This document shows, in pieces, positions 24,701 through 33,000 of a stretch of DNA of 64,000 bases. This stretch comes from an uncultured virus (IMG/VR IMGVR_UViG_3300038314_001147) (Duplodnaviria > Heunggongvirae > Uroviricota > Caudoviricetes). The stretch's first letter is position 1. Each line of letters opens with the position of its first letter. The position numbers and the translations under genes are program-made. The stretch lies in the IMG/VR virus record IMGVR_UViG_3300038314_001147, positions 1 through 64,000 of that record; one strand, written 5' to 3'. Below the pieces are notes generated by a model. It saw nothing but the letters and a program-made list of their open reading frames with translations, did no database searches and had not been told where the DNA came from.

Positions 24701-27700
24701 AGGTAAATCAAATGAAGGATATAATTATGAGAACGATATTAGAGGATATAAATAAAGATTCATTAAGTGAAAGACAATTTGATAACTTAATGGGTAATTT
24801 ATCTTCTTATCTTATAGGTAAATATTTTAGTGGTCAAGCAGGAAAGGTTAATATGAGCTTCGAGTATGATAATAAAGGAGATCAAATAGGAGAAGTACTC
24901 TTAAATACTCCAGAAGGTAGACACGTATTCTTAGATCAATTTGCTGAAAGAGTTGCATATATAAAAAATAATTTAGATAAAAGTGAATTTAAAGAATTTT
25001 CTGGTAATCATTTCTTTAATAAATTACAAGTCCGACCTTCTAGATCTGGTGGATATCATTTAACTATAGATGGCTTAGGGAGAATGGATGTTAGAGAATT
25101 AGCCAAATTACAATATTCTTTAAGTAAAATTCCTGACACTGCCTTTGTACAAGGATTGTTTAATTATTCCATTATCCAAAGCGGATTCCAAATGGGACCT
25201 AATAATATAACAAGTTTATTTGATGAAAAATTATTTTATCCATTGTCTAATTTCCTTGAGGGGTTACATATGGACACAGAGAAGTTCACTTATCCAGAAA
25301 TAGAAAATGAATTCAAAACTCCATTCTTAGTGAAGAATCCAAATCTATTAGATAGATTAAAAGATGATGATCCTAATTATGAATTTGAAGCAGAGGAGGG
25401 TGCACTTCGTAGAGAATATACTGGGATTACTCATTCTGGAAGAATATTAATAACAGACGCACAAAATCCAAATATTCCACATGCTGAGTATGTTACCGCT
25501 TATCTTAAATTGCCATACATGAGAAGAGCTTCCTTATTTGTATTAAAACTTAATGATGAGGGCGTGGAATATACAATAATAAAAAATAAATATAGTAATA
25601 AGTCTATTCCGTTTAAGGATGATGCTATTGTACCAGTGGAAGATAGTGAGGGGACTGCAGTTGGAACTGGTATTACTTTTAATGTTCCTTATGATGTAAT
25701 GAAAAATATACAAAAAGGGAAACCTGATAGAATAGTATTAGCTGGAGGAAAAGTTTCTTATGGTAAGGGATGGATAGATGTATGGGCTACAGGATGGAAT
25801 AAGATTGTACAAATTAATACAGGTACTAATCCTACTAATAACATACTAGTACGTCCTCATCCTGATGATTTACTTTCTGTATATCTTGGCATTAATTCTA
25901 TTCAATCTAGAAGACTAGGTGCACGGAGTTTAGATCTATATATTAATAGACTATCAAAAGCATTCCCAGGATTAAAAGGTGTTATTAAAGTAGTAGGCGG
26001 CAAAGAGTTCCAAAGAATGTTTAGTAAAAATACTTTAGGATCTGTAAGTAATGGAATGATATATTTTAACAGAGATAAGGTAGCCTTAGATACTCCCGCT
26101 CACGAGTTAGGTCACATATGGTTAAGAGTTATTCAAAGGTTCCAGCCAGATGTCTATACTCAATTGCTTTCAAAAGCTTATAAATCACCTTTATATGGCG
26201 TTATTAAAAGTCAGCCAGAATATAGTAATCTAAGTGATGTTGATATTGCAGAAGAAGTTGTAGTAACCTCTTTAGGATTTAGAGTTTCAGAATCTAATTT
26301 TGGTAAATTGGTTTCAGAGATAAATGAAGATGGTACTGCATCTATGATAACTGAAATTAAATTATGGATAAGTGATTTTTGGGCTAGTGTTAAAAATGGA
26401 TTAAGAAGACTGTTTGGATTTAGAGCTAATCCATTTAGAGGATTAGATATAGAAAACTCTTCTTTGTATACTATAACTCAATCCATGGCTGATACTATGA
26501 TGAAAGGAGCTAAGGTTAGTAATATTACTCCCGCAGAATTCTTTGGCATAAAAGATACAAGGACTAGACTTTCTGTTACTTTAGGAAGTGCAACTGATAT
26601 AACTAATGATATATTAGGATTATCTTCAGAAGCTCAAGTATCTACTGACTTCCAAACTGTAAAAGATCAAATGAAGAAATCCATGTTAATGTCACAAAAT
26701 ATAAGCGGGGAGTTTGCTTTTGAGACTAATGGTGGTAAGAAATATGTATTACCAACTTTGACTGATGAAGCAGCTATAAATAATATGGTTAAAAAAATTA
26801 TTGATGAGCGGGGAGATTATGAAGGCAAGCTTCGTGAAAATATAGTTGCCTTTATAAGAACTAGTAATGCAGATTCATTACCCCCTTCTTTACAAAAACA
26901 TGCTGATCAGATTACTAAGCTAATAGGAGCAAGGGAAAGTGAAGAGGTATTATTATATCAAGATTTAAAAAGCCATGAGGATCCTGGCGTTAGAGCTCTT
27001 TATAATCCCGCTGTTGTTAGTCCTAGATTTAATCCTATTATGTCTGTTAGAAAAACAAATGAAGGTGGGGTGGTTGTTAATATGCATGATATAACTCCTG
27101 TATCTTTAAGAACTGTATATGGCTCTAAATTAGATAATTTCTCTACTTATCAAGAATCCTCTATATTAGACAGTAGCGTTGTTAAATTAACGAATACTGA
27201 AGCTGGTAAAAGAAAATTTGAATTACTCCTTGGTATAGCTGGAATGATTCAAAATAATCCAAATGTTAGGTTTAGAAGATTAGGTATCCATCAATTAACT
27301 ACTAATGATGTTGTTAGTGAGGGACTACATTTAGGGGAATACTCTAAGGAATTAAAACAAATAATAACTAATAAGGAATTTAAATCTAAGCTTAGTCCAG
27401 AGATGTTAGCTATATTAGAGAATGATAATATACTAAATCTTCAAAATTATAAACAAGCTTGGCTATCTCAGCTTACAGATTTTTATCAAGCAGAAAAAGA
27501 TAGAATGTATAAGATGGCTAAAGCCGAACCCGCTGCAGGAAAGAAAGGATCCAGGTATTCTAAAATGGGATTTGATCTTGCAGAAGCTGTAGATATTAAC
27601 GGTATGTTTGGAAAGGATATTGAAAGAGTAGTAAAATCTAGGATGGATCAAATGATGAAACAGTACGGAAATCAACTGGAAGGTCCTAATGGGCTATTAC

Positions 27701-30087
27701 AGGATGAAGAGTTTAGATTATTATCTAGAAGTCTTAGAATGATTAAAAATAGAGGAAGGAAATCAATTGCTTCTGATAGTACTGTAGATGTTAATTGGAT
27801 TAAAAAACAAATTGGTGGTAATTTTAATTTAGCTAATCCTATTGCTCAATGGTTTGTAAGAGAAATGAAAAGAGCTATGGATGTAATAGGCAATAGATTC
27901 TTTAGAGAATATAAAAAACCATTTGCTAAATTATTCTCTCCTGTTCAGAAATTTTACGAGAATAGTAATCCTTTCTCATTAGTATCAGAAAGAGTAAGAG
28001 ATACAAATTGGAAAATATTTGATGCTATGCTTATTAAGCAACAGGCAAAAGATGAAAATGGCGGTGAACACTTGGTCGACTTATATCAAATTTATCATTC
28101 TGGAGATCCTAGAACTGCAGCTGCCGTGTCATCGGGAAAAATTAATAGTGATCATGTTGCACTTGGAGATTTTATTGTAAAAACAATTAAAGATCAAATA
28201 GTAAAAAGTAGAATGAGAAAAGGTGAAACTCGTGAAGAAGCTGTTGCTTGGTATGACGGTAACTGGACTGATGGAATGTTACCTACTATGGCTAGACGTG
28301 CTGCTCAAAAAATATTTGGAGGAGATCTACAAGGCGGAATGTCAGATTGGTTAAAGGCTTATACTAATTCTAATGAATTATTTGAAAATGTTATAGAGAA
28401 AAAATCTGGATATGATCTAGGAGATATGTTTGCATGGCAAGCAGGATCTAGTACTTTAGGATCAGAGCAGAGACAAAAAATGTTAGGATTAAGGACTAAT
28501 GAAAGCGGAGAGCTTATAATGAGAGAGAATGGTCTTAAAGATAATCGTGGAATAGAAAAGAATCTTGAAGTAATTATGAATTATTTTGTAATGAATCAAA
28601 TAATGAAACAAGAGATGGATGATATCATGCCAGAGTATATGGCTTCAAAAACTTTACTATATAATTACGATAACTCTAAAGGATTAAAATATAAAAATAC
28701 AATTGATTATATTGACAAAACTACTGATTTCTTAATTAAACAGCAGCGACAAGGTATTGGGGTATCTGTTCCTTTACCTGGGAATAGATCAGTAGCTGTA
28801 GATAATATAGTTAATAATGCAAATGGATTAGTATCATTTGGAATTATGGGTGGTAATATATATGCGGATACAGTAAACTTTATGGCTAATGCCTTACAAG
28901 CAGCTTCTTTTGCATGGGGTCAAACATTAAATAAAGGATCTGAATTCTTTAATTGGAAAAACATTGCTGTAGCTGTAAAGGTTGCGACTACTAATCCTGA
29001 ATTAATGTGGAAGTTAATACGTCAATATCGTTTTGCACAAATGGACAATCAAGATTTAATTCATGCAAAATGGCTACAAAAATCACAAAAACATTTCGCT
29101 TTATTCCAATCAAATTGGTTATTTAGTTTAAATTTTGCTGGAGATTATATAAATAGAGCGATAGTTTTAATGGCTCAAATGGATAAAGATGGCGTTTTAA
29201 GTGCTTACAGTGTTGGAAAAGATGGGGAATTAATTTATGATGTAAAAAAAGATACTCGTGACGCAAAAGTTAAGAAAAAAATTAAAGATGAATTAGTAAG
29301 AGAAGGAGTTCAAGATGAAGATGAGCCATTACAAAGAGCTTATGATTCTAGGCTTCGTACTAGAGTAAAAACTATAGCCGATAAGTACATTACTGGTTCA
29401 TATGACCAAGATGTAAACAGGCTTTTAAATTCTCACGTTTTAGGTAAGATGTTTTCCATGTTTAAGAAGTATGCATTTGATAAAATAGAGAATACATTTC
29501 AAAGAGGTCAATGGAATGAAGCACTTGGAAACTACGTAATTACCGAAATTGACGATCCATTTGTCCCTGGAGATAAAAAAATGGAAGTTATTTGGCAAGA
29601 ACGCTTTGTAGAAGGAACAATTATGAGTATATTTGCAATGTTAAATGAAGCTAAAAGAATTACAGAATTATCTCCAGGTGAATTACACACAATCTGGACC
29701 GGTCAAGAACCCCAAAGAAAAGAGAATATAATAAGACTTGCTCACGATTTAATGTTGGTGACAGCAATAATTAAAGTGCTTCCATTCTTAGTTGGAGGAT
29801 TGGATGATGAAGAAGATTCTACAATGGAGCAATTTATGGATACAAGGCTTTGGAAGAGTGTTGAATTTGGATTTATGGATTTATTATATGGGACTAATCC
29901 TAATGAATATTTTAGAGCTTTAGCTGATCCTTTTGTAACGATTGTACAAATGGAAAGATATTTTCAATTTATACAATCTTGGTTCAGTGGAGAAAGTACT
30001 AAAATGCATAATGCTGCAAGAAAATCATTTGGAGCTTACAGAACTATATCTGACGTTCCTGAATATGTAAATATGTTTAAAAATTAA
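9715..30087 (+). CDS. Giant virion RNA polymerase polyprotein (helicase, nuclease, zincin and RNAP domains)
   Basis: 6790 aa; DYDVD at 22921-22935 preceded by 'NRVP'; Walker A GAAGTGKST 13714-13740; 'VADEA', 'GDVSQ', 'QGLEFD', 'TATSRAK'; 'GTLDLV..IIDIKT..QQFIY'; HEAVH 17482-17496; HELGH 26101-26115. Confidence 0.85.
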   Translation: MPIPQNSYDYLGLQLSGLNDNSIAKDVGGKGFNIFYPDFDTAEQLYGEKLKGEGMSDQDFKEMYNMGQMGFAQYEQNVFKHQGEDRNRYGWTSDLNALEGINRNHPWQGNIDPEANPMISPDGRRIMTDQEYASTLGWVATEDGKKVVSGNEVFPNYGVFNSEGVMKDKLLTMVYPENEGYNPKLGQAPGNPYLKITKRNEVLKNTEIFSTMGPKGAHSDGWLRSLWDGTIGMLYKSIPSAVGTTMEAATPMIESIHAGQKIDDLFNNSPGTWKGVANELQNTSSLWKNPGNFQQDEGFGQNLSATSFAIGSGIGSLFQQFASSRLLGLTGMNPKLRGNMASLLFSAQAGDAIYQEGKESGVPEDQLAELFFLSAFTTHLVERGIRMNNNWITDGGAIMAVNRDIRATIKKEISEALKIYGKKSWTELSKAEQQQASKSIMRKIGDFTGKYWKGANEYMQKGTRLSNTVAAFAEEGTEELIEQVLNNSYETFTDYSNKLANPDWSPGSGLFGAIDPNKGAFENLVAYNTTDDNRRLTEGTWESFIVGGISGGFMGSFRGPVTHREHLMQAYVVQGKQKEFFDVLEQMRKKGELGPKNVDIEGKPMNADNPEGVSANEFVYNQMKGEFEAYNNVWNDSGIAQWYKAWTAKDKLKKSFLGIKYGRDKIKEATLHAMFVDKLKNGGFDAKLVAADNTVLMTALRAMKEVTELEASKQEDGANIEAIDKEIATKQQFIESVKSGDEFKNIYKRAYLFQRLNYDPFFQLPYADLATIAANGTPERVVDQINQSVEKYVQYMQQQAQQWEQQRQEKLQSDQDYLTTLGALDLPGLSIEKLSGIINATSEYGGDTETIKNIAKGLTARIEQAIADLNKDFTDNELIPEGLELEHPVAEGFNPDALNLLNDIVGNEDLAEDEKIVSKEMLDNINKIQSLEDGRNSLWESSEKEQPKNPFDQDPQKIKFDGYLSQLQEDEEGKVTNVQNILEVLDYFKDKQITDIETINQISNLLMQLQYVRSSARANVMVYNYMEDEISGLTDNNRLSDQEWNQLDAMIQSALDLGESIKGKFATREMIEHNYKEQFIKVNKKYLKDIFSRLDAMGLMTDEDKRVFTSVFEDAVIKYNDAREPLGENLNQEQLVRLSELQNEVINGLEAAMTTIGNALRKNPDKAQEIFNQLFGYWDGDKFKPGIYSYATDKKRDHWQTSSWYMTSLGTIVNDDNGAASYVNFPFMNSNNLITQVTQATEEEKFENGNMKKFHINLHAFSNLFNLLKRTDRVQLNEAIAAHFNSFAADELAPSFEQKVVIEQAVSFLMDQSRAYVPKSKEQKLFDNFLVIQGAAGTGKSTTVLRSIISVASKLKNLDKKTIVISVPSAHQSTDMRRRVAEKFPNLNVQVIEEGELVNGEIGDNVAFVVADEATFLSLDDLKKIKKSNPDTPILLMGDVSQMSGDGSSVAPVNQHISEVTNPLTEVFRTNVYHINKVQSAFRSVSNISTEYVAPVLPFGEVTADNNIGVKYIEDKDGSAQIMEVIDAAKIDDNNVTIIVGSEESRNTLIAEINNIDANINAKKIVKTIIKGDNSAQGLEFDKVFVRISTTDIPYQWNKAMLTATSRAKSYLNILVPDDIRLLMTSVPTSKVVEQITGRGDEIVADEANQLQQYKQRAAANSAGLLEYLKNLGFNVTVPTETVDDGPQGNEDPTEGSNQEKVYSALMRVKEKEGDIKRDNDDQPYAVKINAEGDLFFPTRSSNAISSVMPTRPASVKDSTASRTVGNIIHKLIENYVNGTASERTQILKNLKEQITRVNDNQKHPINLNKSLYTGIIDAVKAQTEMIDAGLKAGSMFITELPIVNMQFGLGGTLDLVEVNRFGNVSIIDIKTARPGAFEARKYKSPIFSGVGQKWMKKPKGYEESTGLVLPNLVNSKKNNVGLQQFIYRKMMESGEPLIGLQPNVVRSIWINFSNINARTGEYTGSGKFSFAPDYKYSESELDALEAWTDAIIWNNINTTNIPVTEGPPARVDVKDTETEIVVDDDTTPDGPIIRGYLPMPEVTGEEIIDNQQQTDPTGTKDIINFDSIDNHKNGNLTAMSRSSVTGGSNNLNENPHRAFKFFALETLVYSALRNGRNPSSHTTKLVYYKKKELFSDAQGMMVEYDNVLAVELNPGDPGVQQMVNFFQQKTGITPTAEMMLLGTVPNIDRHTYEGNPNTVPASVVLDAYNADKLEYRKIGWDGAGVDGKYDFGPIQITNVTPGRISFTNSANAITVADLKSKFEGQGVKFGNIVVLYNPPGKEGIRESGYYLPVTYDAGSVSGRAPVKPKTTLIKLKTKKIDALAYGNELAEQIVNDPLYTNDYTWWSDILDYWNANPYTFIDFSDPLAPQLRGKLGNFNYGEGPILSVKEDASSTRNKKRVRLHVKLPNNLTSSEAGKFVQALFKEVGRMVQEENLTPMGERIDVKFVENARAGDNRSGLEAIDQVSASNNMTINVDQIFDPQIVFKMPSKVRKKGGNPNPNGSNDGPNNMDNFKPKFNIKRITNETRITSQDAEAIIRRILGDEYYDTLVQEVGNITTEEGMQAFGRVQNALMTLENMGGIESTTSRHEAVHILTTHVLSPYQRKRLLVDIKRKMAKSRNIPVNTITDIMAEEWLADYYGKAYDTTTLKGALRSFVDWLLRATGLNNYFYGTINQFMSDAESGQYSDQVMEGIVSYKGPSYSMYNKKGETVQRPDYLVKIFKLPTLVAQIHRDVIEKDLISESILSPTVTGSNAEIKDAVNIISLKYKSLANQYLAEEQTYNMNGVEVPLKGLNPDQALSLLQDGNIETWKKWVVLQLTKKGPKDSLPIIDKFVRLTFPDFKRDRKDSKTILNFEGKEMSDEDITNFEYLEEHGESSIQMENDRKNPLDSLTDMTRLWLNNIDYYIYETLGDGQRVARPANPSDEHQYIKQDNLWATLIQLQQKAKSGDERYRGLPTMEAFRLVLLDAANNSGETYMKNMLFSVYDRVFFMPGDESMGGDVNPLSSSADGLLMYSLMDMAKNPQRIAAENPVNKNAVGNPIKIKALNQADLLHAMESLFRSITQKDYFKSFYDYRLKRTTSVPIRTSFADKILKGFKQKILGKLYTFVEGMPVMTKDSREMFSSQVQVRMLIDGKPANSNSWVFEDELPRLLSAKSVVLDKDGKTPKFYHKAKVQPTFSKKNVKGGTEISLKGMGKIFMVTKNNISWHPDITNIKVVANIILRKVGLTGSDIRSGTINAYLESQPIENLNSRSGQSKLSNVSPEGLSNGLGSIVMDLMDPAGAATDDLARMLGSEDEVFLEETEAIPTALANFQFLQELASVESFSRGDNQNSIYYNVNNDQVYRLVFGGRINDLFGFDGTTADAQDGAIKLFQSNLISLLVSNGVQVNPNANIYDLLNMALESNIQIPVMQETPSGPAILNPFLDPDSLYKIKGIISYDGVTTRYFGKRYGKMTPAEFLDNMINSEFVDKILKNTNRNAYTMPGYTPGDKKSPEFFQIEHDKEAPLVIVKGDAENQSVELNTNFVAAKMVSLFQKKRNQATKTVRKVHSVLREVMTTGVLRYSVNDLGEMPSLQDSISDPRILEEWISGLSENMVNQEDLDKLVDIFRASELIINKDYKVYPDGSLHLGNDSMTQNKKMWVKGQVVEAHDQFYTIQNYDDLMGLSSPAEQWAFIQNKNRGMLLRFIKYLSTANGVGFQRSQAFEDTTPEYDGMYYRTVPTEDGTETQFNPWIESYYYGWMILNNNLEDIIGGSSGDFKSITDLFKRISSEKSPGVVATIGRRGMPVKSEVVILDDNPLRNDLLMLLNDSNPTLNAAEDSLTMQLPLYTLAAHQGLGGRFGMMQNPYGPNKPVHKELDIATNEGLFFKTAGIPLTTELMNRSRKIRAIVEKSLSHKPFMEVDSIDPTTLWDKYLEFEELSINQGGNPWDLLREYVISQDTPQFVQWNKGTSIHKTYVAYFIYNSGVKQGSKMVNNLEYGLTSDEGFQTISVDNRGTRWQLNPHKEIERDDSAMFKQLAAEVMVGASTQEQSERINRLVTSQAELNKLNRQEISQKIDEMGVSDFLRNEAEKSAASQNTELAQFLRLIADDNISIQIPVIATRIKNVLRKLFNKGIKPRMKGYSAVQMPGTMMEIFETNNGEIFTLKQVENILGRKLEINEDMAAVASELGVESINARNLNHLKIIIGKRDVSNPDLISWSDPEKIVLEAMDQLGVSVEQSRQNYLAAIRAAMEAEDHIVKIIPPEAITPFDANDAQAFGFNIEDSTAYTYYKNWDVADIMTINFSDGTAARYESMGNDPEQIESVIADMASNGNPIKIDDTLAWKVLVSRTPQLAEADYSVQLLSLMNFYKSFDNYLLTVMNRVPSSNTATGNQYRIISFVHDNGNVVWQSPNKNILDDSDYDVDEQRVYTSQIGVESGFDNEEGLKEMIFNSVRSFYQDPNNIQFFYSPVSVEQDRKSVEGANESHKIKEILRDLGHEPGSGLKLNDVTSSVMAYEDIMEGKYTVGPFIMTIKAYTHLYNAYKSVEGSHFRLNFMGEVYSSFSNGPAGNGRSADGAYVIDLLAELSQLALDNANELVLGKILANPNTAYFIAGLDIAGVPREKIIQFLLNSTVSGMLQEQKRSTSVHRTTVDLLENIDVRSADIEAGKVMEILQKQFNDDWSYSGLRKFAQLLDRFAILNTDSEERKQRYIGDRGTDPNEVSNDQKTQMIVSTMPAVRRNYEGRNVVEVLMHQEDFSFDGLSTSQQTNAIQFAIDNLIITEISDPEAIKTNTFALASIYSDSGLAGVAALSGLEGSEAAVILDQIQVAKTIAAVETIPALEMLEEIVKKSSVTGREPNWENIKNALENKLEVLASFKKIILFGEAIKRTALTSNIDQGISKGDYGSSMMLRNMEIWANQPFEFDDNGDLVVVSSTAVRDPEYYFMQKASSLDGTPRKTDNGADLLSLLDTFRENETIIRSYVDIGLVIENNPHLKDFIASLVQYNQINNSAFKVNQMKDIIMRTILEDINKDSLSERQFDNLMGNLSSYLIGKYFSGQAGKVNMSFEYDNKGDQIGEVLLNTPEGRHVFLDQFAERVAYIKNNLDKSEFKEFSGNHFFNKLQVRPSRSGGYHLTIDGLGRMDVRELAKLQYSLSKIPDTAFVQGLFNYSIIQSGFQMGPNNITSLFDEKLFYPLSNFLEGLHMDTEKFTYPEIENEFKTPFLVKNPNLLDRLKDDDPNYEFEAEEGALRREYTGITHSGRILITDAQNPNIPHAEYVTAYLKLPYMRRASLFVLKLNDEGVEYTIIKNKYSNKSIPFKDDAIVPVEDSEGTAVGTGITFNVPYDVMKNIQKGKPDRIVLAGGKVSYGKGWIDVWATGWNKIVQINTGTNPTNNILVRPHPDDLLSVYLGINSIQSRRLGARSLDLYINRLSKAFPGLKGVIKVVGGKEFQRMFSKNTLGSVSNGMIYFNRDKVALDTPAHELGHIWLRVIQRFQPDVYTQLLSKAYKSPLYGVIKSQPEYSNLSDVDIAEEVVVTSLGFRVSESNFGKLVSEINEDGTASMITEIKLWISDFWASVKNGLRRLFGFRANPFRGLDIENSSLYTITQSMADTMMKGAKVSNITPAEFFGIKDTRTRLSVTLGSATDITNDILGLSSEAQVSTDFQTVKDQMKKSMLMSQNISGEFAFETNGGKKYVLPTLTDEAAINNMVKKIIDERGDYEGKLRENIVAFIRTSNADSLPPSLQKHADQITKLIGARESEEVLLYQDLKSHEDPGVRALYNPAVVSPRFNPIMSVRKTNEGGVVVNMHDITPVSLRTVYGSKLDNFSTYQESSILDSSVVKLTNTEAGKRKFELLLGIAGMIQNNPNVRFRRLGIHQLTTNDVVSEGLHLGEYSKELKQIITNKEFKSKLSPEMLAILENDNILNLQNYKQAWLSQLTDFYQAEKDRMYKMAKAEPAAGKKGSRYSKMGFDLAEAVDINGMFGKDIERVVKSRMDQMMKQYGNQLEGPNGLLQDEEFRLLSRSLRMIKNRGRKSIASDSTVDVNWIKKQIGGNFNLANPIAQWFVREMKRAMDVIGNRFFREYKKPFAKLFSPVQKFYENSNPFSLVSERVRDTNWKIFDAMLIKQQAKDENGGEHLVDLYQIYHSGDPRTAAAVSSGKINSDHVALGDFIVKTIKDQIVKSRMRKGETREEAVAWYDGNWTDGMLPTMARRAAQKIFGGDLQGGMSDWLKAYTNSNELFENVIEKKSGYDLGDMFAWQAGSSTLGSEQRQKMLGLRTNESGELIMRENGLKDNRGIEKNLEVIMNYFVMNQIMKQEMDDIMPEYMASKTLLYNYDNSKGLKYKNTIDYIDKTTDFLIKQQRQGIGVSVPLPGNRSVAVDNIVNNANGLVSFGIMGGNIYADTVNFMANALQAASFAWGQTLNKGSEFFNWKNIAVAVKVATTNPELMWKLIRQYRFAQMDNQDLIHAKWLQKSQKHFALFQSNWLFSLNFAGDYINRAIVLMAQMDKDGVLSAYSVGKDGELIYDVKKDTRDAKVKKKIKDELVREGVQDEDEPLQRAYDSRLRTRVKTIADKYITGSYDQDVNRLLNSHVLGKMFSMFKKYAFDKIENTFQRGQWNEALGNYVITEIDDPFVPGDKKMEVIWQERFVEGTIMSIFAMLNEAKRITELSPGELHTIWTGQEPQRKENIIRLAHDLMLVTAIIKVLPFLVGGLDDEEDSTMEQFMDTRLWKSVEFGFMDLLYGTNPNEYFRALADPFVTIVQMERYFQFIQSWFSGESTKMHNAARKSFGAYRTISDVPEYVNMFKN

Positions 30088-30099
30088 AAATTAAAAATT

Positions 30100-33000
30100 A
30101 TGTCCACAGAATTATGTACTGACTTACGAATAGGGGAACTACCTGCAGAAGAGGCTGTCCAACCTATAGAATTTTCTCATTGTCATTCGGGATTATCTGA
30201 ATGTGCTGGAGANNNNNNNNNNGGATCTGCCAACACTACACAATTTACTCTAACTTTAAATAATACAACAAGTAAATACGCATTTTTTAATCCTTTGGAG
30301 TGTGGTGAAGGATGTGTCGAGATGGCTAGTTGGTATGCTTTTAAAGATATGATCTTTACTTCATCTGCTGCTACCTATTCACGACCTGAGTATGATCTAC
30401 AATTAATCGGAGAAGGATATGAATGTATATGTTTTGAAATATTTAGAGATGGTGTTTTACAAGATGGTAGTGAAACTTGGTATATAAATCCTACTTCTGC
30501 TCAAGATCTTGTATTCCAATTTGGAGTTACTGATTGTTGTGAGACAGACTTGGTTTATTTATGGATGAGCAATATAGTAGCTACACTAACGGTCGCTTTC
30601 TATTTCTGTGATACAGGAGGAGAAGAAGGATGCCAGGATTGCTGTTGTGTGGATATCCCTGTTAGTATAGATGTTTGTGCAGGTCCTAATACTAGTGATG
30701 GTAGTATAGGCTGGTATGATGATACAGCTGCAGCTATATTAGGTAATCCAACTTTAATTATAGATGGATCTGCAGGAGGGGTAATTACTAATACATATAC
30801 ATTTACCAATAATTTACCTTGTGATATACAGACTATATGTGCAGAATTAATCGCTCTAGATGGTGGATCTACTTTATCTAATCTAACATTAGCTGGCGTT
30901 ACAATTGGGACCGTATGTCCAACAACATTTAATCTGGCTGCTGGAGCTTCGACAGACTTTACAGTTACATGGGATACTGCAGGATCTAATGATCCTGGAA
31001 ATATAATGCTTCAAATTAACTATTGTAATATTCCAGTAGCAGATGCTTGTTGTACATCTGGTGTAGCTCATTGTGATAATGACACTTATTTTACATTAAA
31101 TTTTGAGGCAGCTCCTTCTCTTTGTGATGATTGCGACACTAATACTGTAACGATTACTCCAGAGACATGCAGTGGAGCCGATGATGGCATAGCTATGGTA
31201 GAGGTTGATACTGACTGTACACTACCTCTTGCTTCTATTACTTGGACCCCTGCACCTGCTTCGATTGCAGATAATTTAACTATTGGAACGTCTACTGCTA
31301 CTGGATTAACTGGAGGGGATACTTTTATAGTTGATATGGTAGATGATAATGGTTGTACATCTACAGTAACTTTTACAATACCAACTACAAGTGATATAGT
31401 CACAACGATTACACAAACAGACCTTTTATTATGTGCAGGAGATACTACCGATCTTGAAGCTACCCCTGTTGGAGGAACCCCTCCTTATACATATTCTTGG
31501 TCTCCTTCTGGTTCAACAACGTCTCAAGATCTTAACGTAGGAGCGGGTACTCATACCGTTACTGTAACAGATTCACAGGGCTGTAATACGGCAACTCCAT
31601 ATACTCTTGTTGCACCTGCAGCTATAGTAGTAAGTCTTACGGGAACAAATGTAAGTTGTAGTGGTGCAATGGATGGGTCAATAAGTACTGCTGTTTCCGG
31701 TGGAACTCCTGGATATACTTATTTATGGTCAAGTTCAACCTATGGTTCATTTACTAGTACTAATGCAAATATAAATAATTTAGCTCCGGGGATTTATACT
31801 GTTGTAGTTACTGATTCTGCAGAGAACGGTGGTTGTACAGGAACCAATTCTTATACAGTTACTGAAGGAACTGCTATTGTAGTAACGGGAGTTATAGTTA
31901 ATACAGATTGTATTGATGGAAGTACTGGTAGTATAACTCTTACTCCTAGTGGTGGAACAGGTCCGTATACTTACCTTTGGGACGATAGTAGTACTGCAAG
32001 TAGTATAACTAGTCAACCAGCCGGAACCTATTCTTGTATTGTAACGGATGCTAATGGTTGTGTGCATGGAGCTTCAGGAACTATAAATTATGATACCGTA
32101 ATAAACAATATTGCTGTTGTAACTGATGTTCTTTGTAATGGTGGTTCAACAGGAGCGATAGATATCACTCCCTCAGTAGGGGGAGCGTCACCTCCCGGTT
32201 CACCAACATTTACTTATTTATGGGATGATGCTGCTGCTTCTACAACACAAGATGTTACTGGTTTACCTATAGGAACCTATACTGTAGTTATTACAGAAAC
32301 AAGTGGTAGTGGCTGTGTAGCTTCTTTTCCTTATACAGTTGTTGAGTCTAGTGCTTTATCTATATCAGTTGTTAATTATAATGATAATTGCTTTAATGGT
32401 GGAGCTCTAGGAGATATTCTTGTATCTTGGACAGGAGGAACTAATCCTGTTGCAATTTCATGGGAACAAGATACAGGTGGTGGTTATGCTCCGTATACAG
32501 GTACCACTGCTCACATAACTGGATTGATAGCCGCTGATTATAGAGCTACTGCTACGGATGCAAATGGATGTACTGCTACAGTAATTCAAACAATAGATGA
32601 GCCTTCTGCAAATCTTTCATGTGGTTTATCGGCAACTATGCCAACCGCTCCAGGTGCTGCTGATGGATCAGTTGATATTGTTATTTCTGGAGGAACACCA
32701 CCTTATACATATAATCTAAGTACAGGTCATAGTGGAACAATTGCCCTCAGTGGTGGTACTGCTCATATTGGTGATTTAGTTTGTCAAAATGTTACATCTG
32801 GTGTAGCGGATTCATGTAATCAAACTGGTTCTTGTGCTGTAGAGGTTCAATGTGCAAACAATCCTGCAGGAGAGGGATGTTGCGGTGATAGAGATGCTAT
32901 AAATTATGATTGTGATTGTGCTGAGCCCTGTATAGATAATGACTGCTGTTTATATCGTGATCTTTTAGTTAATTGTGATTTTATTTGGAATGGAGGTGCA

